NCBI GenBank assembly: GCA_013166775.1
Contig: JABLTJ010000013.1
Location: forward strand, 14,916-78,915
Direction of reading: 5' to 3'
DNA length: 64,000 nucleotides
DNA from: Promethearchaeati archaeon
GTDB taxonomy: Archaea; Asgardarchaeota; Heimdallarchaeia; Heimdallarchaeales; Heimdallarchaeaceae
The notes beneath the pieces are model-generated. The model was not told the origin of the DNA, did no database searches, and was given only the letters and a program-made list of their open reading frames with translations. Shown one piece after another: positions 40,296 through 51,499 of the stretch (the first letter of the stretch is position 1; each line of letters starts with the position of its first letter). The position numbers and the translations under genes were made by a program.

Positions 40296-41654
40296 ATGTC
40301 TAAGAAGAAACCTAAGCCTAAACCTAATGATGTCATTATAGTTGGTGCAGGAATAGCAGGATGTGTGCTTGCTTTCCATTTAGCTACAGCAGATAGGAAA
40401 GTAATTGTTTTTGAGAAAAAGACTAGAGAAGAAATGGGTCCAGATTGGTGCGATTCAGTAGAGAAAGAAGCTTTTTCATTCTCAGGCATACCTCCTCCTA
40501 AAGGTAAAGAAAAGAAAGCAGAGAGAGATCATGCAGCTATATTATCACCTGATTTTAGTAAAATAATTCATTTGGATTCCTATAATCAATGGATTGTCGA
40601 TAGAAAGTTACTTCATGAAAGATTAGTTGGAATGGCAGAAAAAGCTGGTGCGGAATTCGTATTTGAAACTGAAATTGTTGAACCTATGGGAAAAGGTCAA
40701 TGGGTTGTTGGAGTTAAGAAGAAAGATGGAAAAGTAGAAAATGCTCGTTTAATCGTAGACTGTTCAGGTGAAGAGAGAATTTTAGGTAAGAATATCGAAA
40801 TATTGGATCTGAATCTTAAGCTCCCTGAAACAGATATTGTTGATGCTTACAGAGAACTCCATAAGGTTGACTCAAAAGATATTGAATGGGGAGGACACAA
40901 AATAGAGCAGAATGTTCTATATTATCGATATGGGTATGAAAAAGGATATAGCTGGCTAAACTTTGAGGATTTAGAACACTTAGATATTGGTGCAGGCGTT
41001 GGAAAGGGTTTCTCCAATAGATCTGCAAAGGCAATAGTAAATGATTATATCAATTCAAACAAAGAAATTCAGAAAGAAAAATTAAGAGGAGGAGGAGGGA
41101 AGATTGTGGTTAGAAGACCATTAACATTAGTATGGTATGGTTTTATGATGGTTGGAGAAGCTGCTGCTCAAGTTTTGCCATCTATGGGATTCGGAACAGG
41201 TTCATCTATGAAAGCAGCTAAAATTGCAGCTGAAGTTGCACTAAAAGCTCTTCAGAGAAAAGAACTTTCAATTGATGGATTGTGGGAATACCAAGTAAGA
41301 TATATAAAAGAGAGAGGAAGAGATGTTGCTGCTCTGGACATGATGAGAAATGGTTTACAACAATTTTCAGAAGAAGAAGCGTCTTTTCTTATCAACAAAG
41401 GTATTTTTTCGAAAAATGACTTTGAGAAACTAATTAATGCAAAATATCCTAAAGTAAATATTTTCAAGCAAATAGATTCAATGTTAAAAGGAATTTCAAG
41501 ACCAAAGTTGATGTGGAAGATGAGAAAAGTAGCTCAGAGATCAAACAAAATCTTTAGTCATTATAGAAAAATGCCCAAAGAATATGATTCCAAGAAATAC
41601 CTTGCATGGATGCTAGGACACATGCATTTGTTTGAAGAAATAAGAAAAGAATAG
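40296..41654 (+). CDS. geranylgeranyl reductase family FAD-dependent oxidoreductase
   Basis: VGAGIAG, DR..L..RL...A...GA, DCSG, GYSW, VGEAA.Q...G.G. Confidence 0.8.
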   Translation: MSKKKPKPKPNDVIIVGAGIAGCVLAFHLATADRKVIVFEKKTREEMGPDWCDSVEKEAFSFSGIPPPKGKEKKAERDHAAILSPDFSKIIHLDSYNQWIVDRKLLHERLVGMAEKAGAEFVFETEIVEPMGKGQWVVGVKKKDGKVENARLIVDCSGEERILGKNIEILDLNLKLPETDIVDAYRELHKVDSKDIEWGGHKIEQNVLYYRYGYEKGYSWLNFEDLEHLDIGAGVGKGFSNRSAKAIVNDYINSNKEIQKEKLRGGGGKIVVRRPLTLVWYGFMMVGEAAAQVLPSMGFGTGSSMKAAKIAAEVALKALQRKELSIDGLWEYQVRYIKERGRDVAALDMMRNGLQQFSEEEASFLINKGIFSKNDFEKLINAKYPKVNIFKQIDSMLKGISRPKLMWKMRKVAQRSNKIFSHYRKMPKEYDSKKYLAWMLGHMHLFEEIRKE

Positions 41655-41679
41655 TACTTTTTGCCTATATATTTAAAAA

Positions 41680-42564
41680 ATGAAAAGTTTCTTTTATGTT
41701 ATGGATGAATCCGAAAACGATTTTCGGTTCATATTGGAGAATGTACTTTGTATAGAGGATAGTAGTCAAATTACAGTTCAGCTTATTAATATTATTGAGG
41801 GAGTCAAGTGGGATATATCTTGTATTAATGATGAGGTTAGATTTCTTTCTAAAAACTTCAAATCAGAGGGAGTTGAGATAACATCACCCAATTTCAGGAA
41901 AATATATAGCGGAGCACATAGAAGAAAACTTCCAATTCTGCATCTCTATGATACTGAAAAAGAAATCTCTGGTGCTTTTCCATTAAAATTGATATCCAGA
42001 ATCTGGAAATTATCAATAAGAGAGAAATTGGGAAGCATAAAAATGGTTCCATTTGAAGATGATCCATCTAGAGCGAAATATCTAGAAATAGAATTTCAGA
42101 GCGGTTTATTTAGAGTTAGGGGAGTCCATCAACTTTTCCCAACAGAAGACTATTTTCAGACTAATGTGGAATATTCAAAAAAATACGCTTTGGCTTATGA
42201 AAAATTCAAGGAAATAACACCGTTTACAGTAGACAGAATAATTGATCTTCTTTCAACAGATAAAATAGCAGCGTCTTTTGAAGCGTGGGAGAACGATCCA
42301 GTTCAATATGACATTCCAGGTGTAGATACTGCAAACATTTACTTAGCTAGGAAACTTGCAGATGAATTAAATGCAGAAGAATTAGATATTCTAGTTAAAC
42401 AAATAAGAGAGATTATGACTGAAACTGATTGGGAAGATTTTACAGATAAACAAACAATCGAGCGATATTCTCATTTTCTTAAATATGTGAAGAAGATAAG
42501 GACAATAAAGAAGAAAGAACCACCTGAAGATTATACTCCTTTTACAGATTACTTTGATATTTAG
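41680..42564 (+). CDS. hypothetical protein
   Basis: 294-aa ORF with no recognisable motif; start may be the ATG at 41701. Confidence 0.6.
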   Translation: MKSFFYVMDESENDFRFILENVLCIEDSSQITVQLINIIEGVKWDISCINDEVRFLSKNFKSEGVEITSPNFRKIYSGAHRRKLPILHLYDTEKEISGAFPLKLISRIWKLSIREKLGSIKMVPFEDDPSRAKYLEIEFQSGLFRVRGVHQLFPTEDYFQTNVEYSKKYALAYEKFKEITPFTVDRIIDLLSTDKIAASFEAWENDPVQYDIPGVDTANIYLARKLADELNAEELDILVKQIREIMTETDWEDFTDKQTIERYSHFLKYVKKIRTIKKKEPPEDYTPFTDYFDI

Positions 42565-42579
42565 AAAGAAAAAGAGAGA

Positions 42580-44088
42580 TTAGTTTTTCTTCCTTCTTCT
42601 AAATATTAAAATGAAGTTACTCGCAACCAACAATGTTGTAGTAATAGTAATAATTGTAATTCGAGTTTCTGTTGCAGAATTCTGGTGTCCAGATTCAATT
42701 GAGAAATCAAGTTCACTTACTGGACTTGCCATCCACAATCTAGGTCCTGCTGTAATGCCTACACGGATTTTACTAGTTACTACATAGACTTTTTCTATAT
42801 TCTCTCCATTGCAATACAGACGTGTTTTATTGCCATTACTTGTAAGTATTGATTGAGTAACATTCCACCCATTATCATCCTCAATGATTGTAACAACACC
42901 TAAGGAGCCAGGATAATCTGGTGTTTCTAATTCCAATGTAAATTCATCTGGTGTCTCATCTAATTCCAGAATTTCAATTCCATAATATCTATGTTCAATA
43001 TTAGTAAAAGTTCTCGGTAAATTAGAAACAGGTCTTCTAGTTAATATATGATAATCTGCATTGATAAAACCATATAAGTCCTCATAGATCCCAAGTTCAT
43101 CAATTGTGCAAGCTGTAATAAAATTGAGAAAAATCTCATTGAATGTAATTTCTAATCCGTGGTTTGAAAGTACATACTCTATTCCTTCTGGACCATCCAA
43201 ATCATCAATTCCTATTAAATCCTTGATAATCTGGATTCCATACTTCTCTGCTATATAGAACAGAAACATATAACCTGCACCATAACTTGCATAGGAATGA
43301 TATCCTTCGTCAAAATAGAGTAAAGATACTGAAGGATTTTCCGAATAATAGTACGCTGAATAAGTTATGTTTAAACTCATTCCACCTTGCATAAAGGATG
43401 AGTTCGACATATAACCTGCATTATACATAGAAAATTCAGCTAATCCTTCAATAAGAAAAACAGCTTCATCTAAATCGTAATTAAACAAAAACAAATGGTT
43501 TGTTTCGTGACATATAACGCCAATTGTGTTTATAAGAGGCATCTCTGAGTTTACAAAAACCATTTCTCGGTTATTTGAATAAGGATATCCAACCAGTTCA
43601 TTATGTTGTAGATAATAACTCCCTACTCCTTCAACAAGAAATACAGTTATTCTAGGATCGCTATCTATATCCCCCAATGTTCCAGCTGGATCTCCCATCA
43701 GTTCATAGTTTTTCGGATAAATGGTTTCATCAAACTCAAAACTATAAATCTCACTTCTTCTTATTGCTTCATTCTGCCCTAAGGAATTTATTGTTCTATT
43801 ATCCATGTAAATATAACACTGATCTCCAACAGCTAATAGAGTGGCTCTAACCTCAAACCAGTCATTAGTTTGAAGATTAGCTGTCCAGAAATCTTCTTGA
43901 TCACCAAAATTATGTATTGATAGTACCTTAGGATTGCTATCAGCAATTTTTTGTTCAATTTTATAGATAGGGTTTTCTTCTAACTCTAGATTATTTGTTT
44001 CAGTAGATAATACATCAACTGTGTTAGTAGAAAAGAGAGGAAAAAGTAGAAGTGAAATTAATAATAAGAAATTTCTAAATTTAACCAT
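42580..44088 (-). CDS. secreted, membrane-anchored zinc metallopeptidase (M30/neutral protease-like), paralog A
   Basis: Signal peptide, GDIDSDPRIT, NNREM, HETNH (HExxH), EGLAE, C-terminal TM plus RRRKK. Confidence 0.78.
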   Translation of the reverse strand: MVKFRNFLLLISLLLFPLFSTNTVDVLSTETNNLELEENPIYKIEQKIADSNPKVLSIHNFGDQEDFWTANLQTNDWFEVRATLLAVGDQCYIYMDNRTINSLGQNEAIRRSEIYSFEFDETIYPKNYELMGDPAGTLGDIDSDPRITVFLVEGVGSYYLQHNELVGYPYSNNREMVFVNSEMPLINTIGVICHETNHLFLFNYDLDEAVFLIEGLAEFSMYNAGYMSNSSFMQGGMSLNITYSAYYYSENPSVSLLYFDEGYHSYASYGAGYMFLFYIAEKYGIQIIKDLIGIDDLDGPEGIEYVLSNHGLEITFNEIFLNFITACTIDELGIYEDLYGFINADYHILTRRPVSNLPRTFTNIEHRYYGIEILELDETPDEFTLELETPDYPGSLGVVTIIEDDNGWNVTQSILTSNGNKTRLYCNGENIEKVYVVTSKIRVGITAGPRLWMASPVSELDFSIESGHQNSATETRITIITITTTLLVASNFILIFRRRKKN

Positions 44089-44190
44089 TCTGACCAGTAT
44101 TAAGGTGTAAAAAGCACTAATAAAGATATGTAAAAAAAGATAAGAGAACGTTCATTAATTTACTAATATCTGCATTCATTATATTAATTA

Positions 44191-44754
44191 TTAAGTCTTT
44201 ATCTTTTCTGCTAATTCTCTAACATCTGCAAGTAATTGTACATTCTTAGCTGCATCCCCAATATTCTCTGCAGTTCCATGAACTATTCCTAGATTTTCTC
44301 CTTTGAAATAATGAATTAAATATTTTATTGAATTAATAGCATTTTGCACTCCTGATCCTTCGACACTACTATTTCCATAAACAAACATTGAAGCAAATTT
44401 CTTTCCATCTAAAGCATGCCCACCTTTTACATGTAGAGCAACTAAACGATCAATAAACAGCTTCAATTGACCAGAGTAATTATACCAATAAACAGGGGAA
44501 GCGAAGACAAAGATATCAGTTTCTAGAATTGTTGGATAGAGAGTGTTCATAACATCATCTTGAACACATTTTAAAGGAAAATCTTTGTAGCACCAGAAAC
44601 AACCTTGACAAGGCTTTATATTCAGATCATTAAGTTTGAAAATTTCCACATCGTTATTGCTCTCTTCTAAAATTTTCGATAGTTTCTCAACTAAAACAGC
44701 TGTATTGCCTTTTTTTCGAGGACTACCATTAAGAATCAATACTTTTTTCATCAA
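44191..44754 (-). CDS. flavodoxin family / iron-sulfur flavoprotein
   Basis: GSPRKKGNT, CQGCFWC...C..DD, SPVYW, KLFIDR. Confidence 0.9.
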   Translation of the reverse strand: MMKKVLILNGSPRKKGNTAVLVEKLSKILEESNNDVEIFKLNDLNIKPCQGCFWCYKDFPLKCVQDDVMNTLYPTILETDIFVFASPVYWYNYSGQLKLFIDRLVALHVKGGHALDGKKFASMFVYGNSSVEGSGVQNAINSIKYLIHYFKGENLGIVHGTAENIGDAAKNVQLLADVRELAEKIKT

Positions 44755-44838
44755 AGGAACAAACTTTTAGATAATTATAAGAATTTTCCAAGATAACAAG
44801 AAAAAACTGAAATAATCATGTGAAGGAGATTATCATAG

Positions 44839-45672
44839 ATGATATATGAAATCGAAAGAAAAGACTATCCAAAAGTATTGAAACTTTTTAGTCAATTATC
44901 AGATGATCATATGTCAGTAGTTGTAGCTTTAGAGCATAATTATCCAAGTAGAATTTTTGTAGATAATCTAGATTCACCAAAGAGTGGTTTAATTTATCTT
45001 GGTAAAAGAACATTAGGTTTCTCAGGTAGAAGTGATAACAAGCAATTTAATGATGAACTTAAGGAATTATTGAACAAAGAAATTCTTCCTCTCTTAAAAA
45101 ACGAATTAAAAGTTAGAGAAGTAATCATCAGGTATGATGATAGCTGGGAAGATGAATTGAAGTCTTTTTTGAACGATTTAGTAGAACATCAACTTGGTAA
45201 TTATATTTTCAGTGACTTGAAATACGATTATAACAAAAATAAACTCCCAGATGGTTATGAGTATGTTGCTATCGATTCAGATTTGTTGAAACGAGAGGAT
45301 CTAAAGAATTTCTACATTGTCGAAAGGTGGGTGAGAGGTTGTTACTTAGGTACAGAAGATTATTTATCCCGAGGTTTTGGTTTCTGTATAATCCATGAAA
45401 AGAAAGAAATCGCTAGCGTCTGTTTTTGTAATTACATATCCAAAGATAGGAAAAGATGTGAGATAGGTATAATCACCTCTGAAGAACATAGAAAAAAAGG
45501 TTTAGCAAAAAATCTTGTCTCTTATACCGTTTCTCATGGTTTGAAACTCAATATTCAGAGAATAGACTGGCAATCACGATTAAGTAATATAGGCAGTATA
45601 AAAACTGCTGAAGCAGTTGGTTTTCAACTTGAAAAAACCTACATAGGATATGTCTTGGAATATACTCAATGA
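44839..45672 (+). CDS. GNAT family N-acetyltransferase
   Basis: GFGFC, EIGIIT...HRKKGLA, N.GS..TAE.VGF. Confidence 0.88.
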   Translation: MIYEIERKDYPKVLKLFSQLSDDHMSVVVALEHNYPSRIFVDNLDSPKSGLIYLGKRTLGFSGRSDNKQFNDELKELLNKEILPLLKNELKVREVIIRYDDSWEDELKSFLNDLVEHQLGNYIFSDLKYDYNKNKLPDGYEYVAIDSDLLKREDLKNFYIVERWVRGCYLGTEDYLSRGFGFCIIHEKKEIASVCFCNYISKDRKRCEIGIITSEEHRKKGLAKNLVSYTVSHGLKLNIQRIDWQSRLSNIGSIKTAEAVGFQLEKTYIGYVLEYTQ

Positions 45673-45708
45673 TATATAAGATTGTCAATGTAACATATTA
45701 GTTGTTTT

Positions 45709-47136
45709 CTAAATACTAGGTGTTCCCATTTCTTTATGTAAGTGTTTTTGATCTGTAATTGTTATAGGCTCTACCCAGTGAACTGGAGTTACTTCAATTA
45801 ATCTTCCTTTCACATTCAAGAAATCTCCTAAGATTTTAGGTTTATCCTTTTGCTTTCTCTGATAAGGTCTTTTCAAAATCAGAGCGAATAGCCATTCAGC
45901 TGAAAAGAGATATCTTCCTTTTTCCCAAATCCAAAGAATGAAAAACCATAATCCCATCTCGAGAGCAATTAAAAAGAATGTCCAACCAATGTTCAATCCT
46001 CCTGTAGTCCTAAATCCTGGATCAGTCCATCCGAAAAGTTGTGTTATACCCCAAAGAGCAACTCTAAGAACTGCTTGAATTGATGCAAATGAATAAACTG
46101 ATAAACAGAGAAAACCTGCTCTTCGACTAAATCTGGATATTCTTAATCTTCGTTCCCAATTTACTTTTCTGCTAAACTCCATACTGGCCATCAAACTTAG
46201 AACAACAATTAACAGCATTCCAATTGTTACAAATACAAACCATGTTGGATGAACATGAAAATCTACTAACATGAATGGATCTTCGGGAATCTTTTCCACA
46301 ACAAATAACCAGAAAGCGCCAAAAGCCATTGTGAACCCTGCAATTCCATATCCCCATGATAAGAATTTTTTCTTATTCGGAGGTTTTTCTTGAGCAATAA
46401 AGATTCCTAGTATCGATCCTACCGCACTATATGCAAAATGAGGTAACAAAGGTGATTCCCGAGCATTGAACTGATTTCCAATCATCCGCAGAATGTAATC
46501 CCACCATCCTTTATCTCCAATTTTATCTAGATGTTCTTCTGTATGCAAATTTACTCCCCAGAAAGTCATTGAAGCTTCATGAATAGCTGGAGCTGGGAAG
46601 ATGAACAAGCAACCAACGACAGCGAACACTATTGCCATAACTATAGGTTTCTTTGTTTTCTCATTAGAAGTTAAGAAGAAGAACAATACTGAAGAAATCA
46701 TAATAGCCCAAGCAATATTAGCAAACTGATCTGCATGGTAAATGTTTTGCCATTCTAGACTTGCAGTTCCTGTTGTTACCCACTCTAATGATGGACCCCA
46801 TTGAGCAAGGAATACGTAAAAGAACATTGCCCACATCCATAGGAAAAGCCCTTTTGTAAACTCTTGAGCAAGAATAACTCTCCTTGGAACACCTCTTCTC
46901 AGCTTAGCAAACATGATAAACATGTGAATTGCTGCACTCATAAGAAGGAATAATCCTCTCCAATGACCAAAAACAACTATCAATCCCATGAGAATATAAC
47001 CTGCTAAAGTTAATTCACCAGGATTTGTTTCAGCTACTCGTTGAACTTGACTAACAAGCATAAATGTGTGAACCACCAAATTGCCTAGTATAGCCCACCC
47101 TCGTAGAATATCAAAGGAGATAATTCGTTCAGCCAT
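45709..47136 (-). CDS. multi-pass membrane protein, DUF1624/HGSNAT-like acyltransferase
   Basis: ERIISFDILRGWAI...VH N-terminal motif, about 11 TMs. Probable ATG at 47136. Confidence 0.62.
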   Translation of the reverse strand: MAERIISFDILRGWAILGNLVVHTFMLVSQVQRVAETNPGELTLAGYILMGLIVVFGHWRGLFLLMSAAIHMFIMFAKLRRGVPRRVILAQEFTKGLFLWMWAMFFYVFLAQWGPSLEWVTTGTASLEWQNIYHADQFANIAWAIMISSVLFFFLTSNEKTKKPIVMAIVFAVVGCLFIFPAPAIHEASMTFWGVNLHTEEHLDKIGDKGWWDYILRMIGNQFNARESPLLPHFAYSAVGSILGIFIAQEKPPNKKKFLSWGYGIAGFTMAFGAFWLFVVEKIPEDPFMLVDFHVHPTWFVFVTIGMLLIVVLSLMASMEFSRKVNWERRLRISRFSRRAGFLCLSVYSFASIQAVLRVALWGITQLFGWTDPGFRTTGGLNIGWTFFLIALEMGLWFFILWIWEKGRYLFSAEWLFALILKRPYQRKQKDKPKILGDFLNVKGRLIEVTPVHWVEPITITDQKHLHKEMGTPSI

Positions 47137-47205
47137 GATATTTTGTTCTGTCCTTAGGGTTATAAAAACATTATCCGAAGAAGAAAGAGACAAATGATGA
47201 AGAGA

Positions 47206-50200
47206 TTATATTCGTTTTCTCTTTATCTGTTCTATATTAGCATGAATGAGTCTTCTCATATTTGGAGTTATAGCAGAAATATCTACATCAAATACTAGAA
47301 ATGGCATATTGTTTTCCAAATAAATCGGTTTAAGTATTGCTTGTGAAATCTTGTATGGAAGACAATTCATTGGTCCTGTAAGAATTAAAGAATCAAAGGA
47401 ATTCTCACTTAAAGCTTCTAATCCAGTCCCTATTGTTGGAATTGCCTCACCAAAAATTAATGGACTTATCACTGGTTTAGATTGTTTGAAAATTTCTTTT
47501 AAATCGTTATGTTTAGCATAAAGAAGTCCCGTTTTTTCGAATCTTTTTCTCTCTTTCTTATCTGCTAAATGCAATAATTGCAATCCAATTTTGCTGAATA
47601 GAATTACTCTTGAGTATCTATTCCAAGGAGTAGCTAAGCATCTGAGTATGGTAGAGAATTGATCAGGAGTTTTCTTCCATTGGTGTGAGAGAAGGTGACT
47701 TTGATAATGGAGACTATAGAGAGCAAGCTCGAAATAATCTGCTGATTTAACTAGTACTTTGTGTTTACTATATATTTCTCTTAATTCTTTCAGGAAAAAC
47801 GGACTAAAACGAACAAAGAAATCTCCATTGATTAAAACCTTGGGATAATCCTTTGGCGAACCGATTGTTGGAATTGTAGATATTTGTTTTATTAGTCTTT
47901 TTGCTCCTTTTCGTAAATTCTTCGTATGAGTAAAACCTTTTAGAAATTCTCCCCAGTATTTTTGAAGAAGATCTAGACTTCCTTCCTCCCCAACTACATG
48001 TAGTGCACTTTCAATCTCTGTCATTATATCAGCAATTAGAATAATAGGAGGACCAAAACGAAGGATATCAAATAAAGGAATTCCTAAGTATTGAGTAAGA
48101 TAATCAAATCTATAGAGAAAAACATCTTTCATTTCATTTGTCTCTAAGAATTTTTCCGCATAATGATAATAACTATAAACGGCGCAGGGAGAACCACCTC
48201 TTAAAGCTAAATATCCAATTACATCTCCTGGTTCTCTTTTCTCATAAACGGACATCATATGACCAAGCACAATTGGAAGAGGGATACATTCCTTACCAGA
48301 ACTATATCTCAAACCTTTAACAGGATAATCAAGAATAATATCCGAAGATTCTCCAACATGAAAACCCAAAGCTTTGAAACCTCTTAGAGAAAGATCAGAG
48401 TGATATTTCGAGAAACTAAAGAAATTTAGTTTTATTCTTGGATCTTTTATATCTAGTTTCTTACCTTCTGAAGTGTAAACTACGACCTTTCCACCTCGTT
48501 TCTTTATTTTAGCAATTTGGAAGGGTTTGTCTTCTGATTTACTCTCGCTTTTCTTGAAATTATTGATGATCTCGAGATAAGCTTCAAGCCTTGTCTGGAC
48601 TCCAGCATCAGCTGTATGAGCATCTAGTTCCAGAATTAAATATGGTTTTGTTTTTAATTCCGTTCGAACATAATTTTGCACAAAAGCATCTATTGTGCAA
48701 CTAAAGCTGTTAATATAAAGTAAGAACAAATTTTCATTTTCTAAAGATAGGTCTATTGCAGCTTTAACATAATTTGCAAAATACCATGGAATATCAGCAT
48801 CCCCTGTTTTTTCTAGGAAATCAAAAGGTATCACAGAGATTCCCATACTTGCTAATTTCTTTGGAATTAGTAGGGATGTTTCCGGAGGAAAAGCGTTATA
48901 GCTTCTTCCAACTAATAAGATTCCTGTTTCGTCTGTTCCTTTTAATTTCTCAATTGCTTCTTTACCTAATTTTAGAAATGTAGCTTCAACTTTGTTTTGA
49001 ACTGCAACAGCTTTATCATAAGCTGCTTTAGCTAGCTTCCTTGATTGTTGAAGGTTAACAACAGCCATTTCAACCAATCCTTTATCAGCTGCATACCCTT
49101 TATCATAAGCTAGTACAGGACTCAAGAATGTTGGTTCCTTAAATGCAGTAGCAGCGAAATAAGGACTTGCTTGGGTGATTGGACAGAAAGTTGAATTAAG
49201 CCATTTTTCTCCCTTCTTTAATGTAACAACATGAGGTAGAAAAACCAACTCAATATCTTTTTTAATTAAATCTAAAATTGCTCCATGCATAATCTGTATC
49301 GGATAACAGAATGGAGCATTTGTCATTAACTCTTTATCTTCATCGATATCTGAAAGAATAACTTCGTATCCCAACTCGTAGAAAAATGTGGAGAATAATG
49401 GGTATAAACTATGAGTAAGCAAAGCTCTTGGAATTCCTATCTTCCCTTTTGCTTCGGATTTCTTGATTTCTTTCTTTTCGTTAGCAAATATAAGATCGTT
49501 TCTAACATCAACAAGATTTTCTTTTTCTTCGATTTTTTCAGATCTCTTCCATTGGTGTTCATATCTTGTACAACTTCCACCAAATGGGAATTTGCGACCG
49601 CCTACCTCATATCTTTCAATTTCACAGAAATTTGCACAAGCTTTGCAAGTAAAACTCCCTAGATGTTTTAATTCTTCTTCAACCAATTTATCTAAAGTGG
49701 TTTCTTTGTCTAAAGCATCTATTTCATGTTGTTCGTATTTTGTTTTAGCTATGAGAGCAATTCCGAAAGCTCCAATTAGCTCAGGATTTGGGGGAATAAT
49801 AATTTGTTTTCCAGTTGCATGAGCAAAAGCGTATCCAACAGAATTATTTTTTGCTACACCTCCTTGAAAGAAAACTTTTCCACCAACTGGTCTTGATCCT
49901 TTAACTTTATTCATATAGTTCTCTGCAATGGAATAAACTAAACCACCAATTATGTCATCACGAACATATCCTTCTTGCAGAGCTGTTCGTATATCAGTAT
50001 TGATGAAAGCAGCACAGTCAGCTTTGAATAGCACAGGTTCATTTGCACCCATAGCAGTATCAGAGATGTCAAAAACACTGACTCCAAGATCTCCTTTTGA
50101 GCTTTCTTCAAGGAAGGATCCAGTCCCAGCTGAACATGTGGCATTCATTGCATAATCAACTGGTACTCCATTCTGAAGATACATATACTTTGAATCTTGA

Positions 50201-51387
50201 CCACCTATTTCGAAGATAGTATCTACATCTTTATCGTAAAAAACTGCACCTTCAGAGTGAGCTGAAATCTCATTAAAAACTGCTGGAGTTCCTAAATAGG
50301 CACCTACTATTGCTCTTCCAGAACCTGTTACTCCAACAAGATTTACTTTTAATTTTCCTACTTGAGAGATTATTTCATTGATACATTCTCTTGTTGCTTC
50401 TACTGGATTACCACTTGTTCTTCCATAATGTGATGCTAAAATCGACTTATCTGAAGGATCCATCAAGATTGCTTTAGTTGTAGTAGAACCAACATCAACT
50501 CCTAGGATATAATCCTTGTTTCTGTCCAAATCTTTCTTATACAATTCAGGTTCGATTATAGTTACTTGGTCACTAAATTGACTCAAGGAAGGAAGAGTTG
50601 AGAAACTTTTTCTGGTGACTAGTTCTAATTTTTGAAGCTTGGGATTATCCTTAACAAGAAGAGCTGTGCCATATGCTTCAAAAACTGGACTCACATCTTT
50701 TGTTGCAACATCGACATCTTCAAGAGCTTCTTTTAACAACTTAAGAAAAGCATCATTGAGTGATAAACCACCTATTACGAGCAGACGTTTGATATCAACT
50801 CGGGATTGAAACATCATTCCTTTTACTTTGGTCACCATACTTGCAAGAACAGAAGCTAAAAGATCCTCAACGGAAGATTCTCCTCTATTCAATTTGTGAG
50901 TGATGTCAGATTTGCAATGTACTGAACAACGATATGCTAAATCGATGGGTTTTCCCTTAAGTGCTAAAGAAATAGCATCAGGTAAGGATACACCCAATCT
51001 TTCTATTTGCTGAATAAAAAACTCTCCACTTCCAGCTGCACATTTATCATGAGATAAAACATTCATGATGAATCCATCTTTATCCAAAACATAGAGAACA
51101 ATAGCTTCTCCACCTAACGAAAGAATGACATCAAATTTTTCATCAAAGGAACGAATACCTCTTTCAACAGCAACAATCTCTGAAAGCTCACCAAAAGAAC
51201 CTGAAACATTGTAGTAAAAAGTCTCTGAATTTAGTTTTTCTTTAACAACCTTATCCAGAACATCCATTGGATTCCCTAGATGTTGCTCTTTAACTTGGAA
51301 GTAATTTCCTTCATCATCTACACTAACAAGATTTACTGAAACAGAACCAATATTTACTCCGACATAACGATAGCTAATGTTAAACAC
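47206..51387 (-). CDS. acyl-CoA dehydratase activase fusion (two BcrAD/BadFG ATPase domains + DUF2229-like)
   Basis: KCAAGSG, CSVHCKSD, GVDVGSTTTK, IGGQDSK, CSAGTGSF, GIPRAL, LELDAHTADAGVQTRLEA. Confidence 0.9.
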   Translation of the reverse strand: MFNISYRYVGVNIGSVSVNLVSVDDEGNYFQVKEQHLGNPMDVLDKVVKEKLNSETFYYNVSGSFGELSEIVAVERGIRSFDEKFDVILSLGGEAIVLYVLDKDGFIMNVLSHDKCAAGSGEFFIQQIERLGVSLPDAISLALKGKPIDLAYRCSVHCKSDITHKLNRGESSVEDLLASVLASMVTKVKGMMFQSRVDIKRLLVIGGLSLNDAFLKLLKEALEDVDVATKDVSPVFEAYGTALLVKDNPKLQKLELVTRKSFSTLPSLSQFSDQVTIIEPELYKKDLDRNKDYILGVDVGSTTTKAILMDPSDKSILASHYGRTSGNPVEATRECINEIISQVGKLKVNLVGVTGSGRAIVGAYLGTPAVFNEISAHSEGAVFYDKDVDTIFEIGGQDSKYMYLQNGVPVDYAMNATCSAGTGSFLEESSKGDLGVSVFDISDTAMGANEPVLFKADCAAFINTDIRTALQEGYVRDDIIGGLVYSIAENYMNKVKGSRPVGGKVFFQGGVAKNNSVGYAFAHATGKQIIIPPNPELIGAFGIALIAKTKYEQHEIDALDKETTLDKLVEEELKHLGSFTCKACANFCEIERYEVGGRKFPFGGSCTRYEHQWKRSEKIEEKENLVDVRNDLIFANEKKEIKKSEAKGKIGIPRALLTHSLYPLFSTFFYELGYEVILSDIDEDKELMTNAPFCYPIQIMHGAILDLIKKDIELVFLPHVVTLKKGEKWLNSTFCPITQASPYFAATAFKEPTFLSPVLAYDKGYAADKGLVEMAVVNLQQSRKLAKAAYDKAVAVQNKVEATFLKLGKEAIEKLKGTDETGILLVGRSYNAFPPETSLLIPKKLASMGISVIPFDFLEKTGDADIPWYFANYVKAAIDLSLENENLFLLYINSFSCTIDAFVQNYVRTELKTKPYLILELDAHTADAGVQTRLEAYLEIINNFKKSESKSEDKPFQIAKIKKRGGKVVVYTSEGKKLDIKDPRIKLNFFSFSKYHSDLSLRGFKALGFHVGESSDIILDYPVKGLRYSSGKECIPLPIVLGHMMSVYEKREPGDVIGYLALRGGSPCAVYSYYHYAEKFLETNEMKDVFLYRFDYLTQYLGIPLFDILRFGPPIILIADIMTEIESALHVVGEEGSLDLLQKYWGEFLKGFTHTKNLRKGAKRLIKQISTIPTIGSPKDYPKVLINGDFFVRFSPFFLKELREIYSKHKVLVKSADYFELALYSLHYQSHLLSHQWKKTPDQFSTILRCLATPWNRYSRVILFSKIGLQLLHLADKKERKRFEKTGLLYAKHNDLKEIFKQSKPVISPLIFGEAIPTIGTGLEALSENSFDSLILTGPMNCLPYKISQAILKPIYLENNMPFLVFDVDISAITPNMRRLIHANIEQIKRKRI

Positions 51388-51499
51388 CTGATAGATTCAA
51401 TACTTGGAATGTAGTTCAAGAGAAAATGTTTCTTTTATAAATATTGTCACAAAGCATTTACAATTTATGATAATTACTTAAATAATTTCTAGATCTTCG